64,000 bases of DNA from Syntrophales bacterium. Its GTDB lineage: Bacteria; Desulfobacterota; Syntrophia; Syntrophales; PHBD01. Under the pieces are notes generated by a model. The model was not told the origin of the DNA. It saw only the letters and a list, made by a program, of their open reading frames with translations, and ran no database searches. The DNA is taken from the NCBI GenBank assembly GCA_963668175.1, contig OY764159.1, positions 960,001 to 1,024,000 of the forward strand, in the 5' to 3' direction. The position numbers were made by a program, and so were the translations under genes. Each line of letters begins with the position of its first letter. Within the stretch, counting starts at the first letter, position 1. This document shows, piece by piece, positions 63,257 through 64,000 of this stretch.

Positions 63257-64000
63257 ATGAATGTAGTCGTTTTGAACGGCAGCCCCAAGGGTGACGTAAG
63301 CGTTACGATGCAGTACGTCCGCTATATGGAGAAGAAATTCCCCGTCCACCGGTTCTCCTTCGTCCCTGTATCCAAGAGGATTCATAAGATCGAGAAGGAC
63401 GAACAGGCCTTTGGTGACATTATCCGGGAGGTCCGGGCCGCCGACGTCGTCATCTGGGCGTTTCCGCTGTATGTATGCCTGGTGCCCGCCCAATACAAGC
63501 GCTTTATCGAATTGATCCGAGAGAAGAAGGCGGAAGACGCCTTCGCGAATAAATATGCGGCCGTCCTGACCACCTCCGTCCATTTTTACGACCACACGGC
63601 CCACAATTACATGAACGCCGTCTGCTGCGATCTCGGGATGTCCTGTGCCGGTTCCTATTCTGCGGGCATGTACGACCTCCTGAAGAGAGAGGGACGGGAG
63701 ACGTTCGTTCTTTTCGCGGAGGACCTCTTCGGCCGGGTGGAGAAAAATCTGCCCGTTGCGAAGGCCTACCCGGCCCTCATGCCCTCCGTTTTCGGATATT
63801 CGGCGGGAAAGCCGCCCACCCGTATGCCTTTGAACAACAGGAAGATGCTGATCATTGCGGACGACCTGAAGCCCTCTTCCAACCTGGGGGCGATGGTCGA
63901 GAGGCTGGCGGGTTCTTTCGACGGCACGGCGGAGATTGTCCGTCTGGAGGGCCTGGATATGAAAGGGGGCTGCCTAGGATGCCTCCGCTGCGGGTACGAC
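63257..64000 (+). CDS. 3'-truncated NAD(P)H-dependent flavodoxin-like/iron-sulfur flavoprotein (absent from the ORF track)
   Basis: GGAGGAGG RBS, MNVVVLNGSPKG, FPLY, ends GGCLGCLRCGYD at the window edge. Confidence 0.85.
   Translation, partial: MNVVVLNGSPKGDVSVTMQYVRYMEKKFPVHRFSFVPVSKRIHKIEKDEQAFGDIIREVRAADVVIWAFPLYVCLVPAQYKRFIELIREKKAEDAFANKYAAVLTTSVHFYDHTAHNYMNAVCCDLGMSCAGSYSAGMYDLLKREGRETFVLFAEDLFGRVEKNLPVAKAYPALMPSVFGYSAGKPPTRMPLNNRKMLIIADDLKPSSNLGAMVERLAGSFDGTAEIVRLEGLDMKGGCLGCLRCGYD

Overview
Core-genome segment of an anaerobic deltaproteobacterium. The gene content (Acs, EtfAB plus a membrane FeS/cytochrome-b oxidoreductase, several acyl-CoA ligases, an ATP-dependent radical dehydratase/reductase, a PxxKW protein) points to a Syntrophales-like fatty-acid oxidiser; this taxonomy is inferred. 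The window holds about 52 CDS, two tRNA-Val genes (CAC, GAC) and the thrS-infC-rpmI-rplT-pheST-ihfA-merR cluster. I found no integrase, transposase, CRISPR array or rRNA. The best candidate for an uncharacterised system is an array of four TMTC-like GT-C/TPR membrane proteins (20.9-31.2 kb) interleaved with rfbB, which may be a bacterial protein-glycosylation system. Other notable signals are an RHH-PilZ fusion regulator with a perfect CRP-type box upstream, probable non-canonical starts for both hflX (ATC) and infC (ATA), a 12-nt perfect 16S-complementary element plus a coupled uORF in a porin leader, and a transglutaminase-ABC operon. All product calls come from motif recognition, not database searches.
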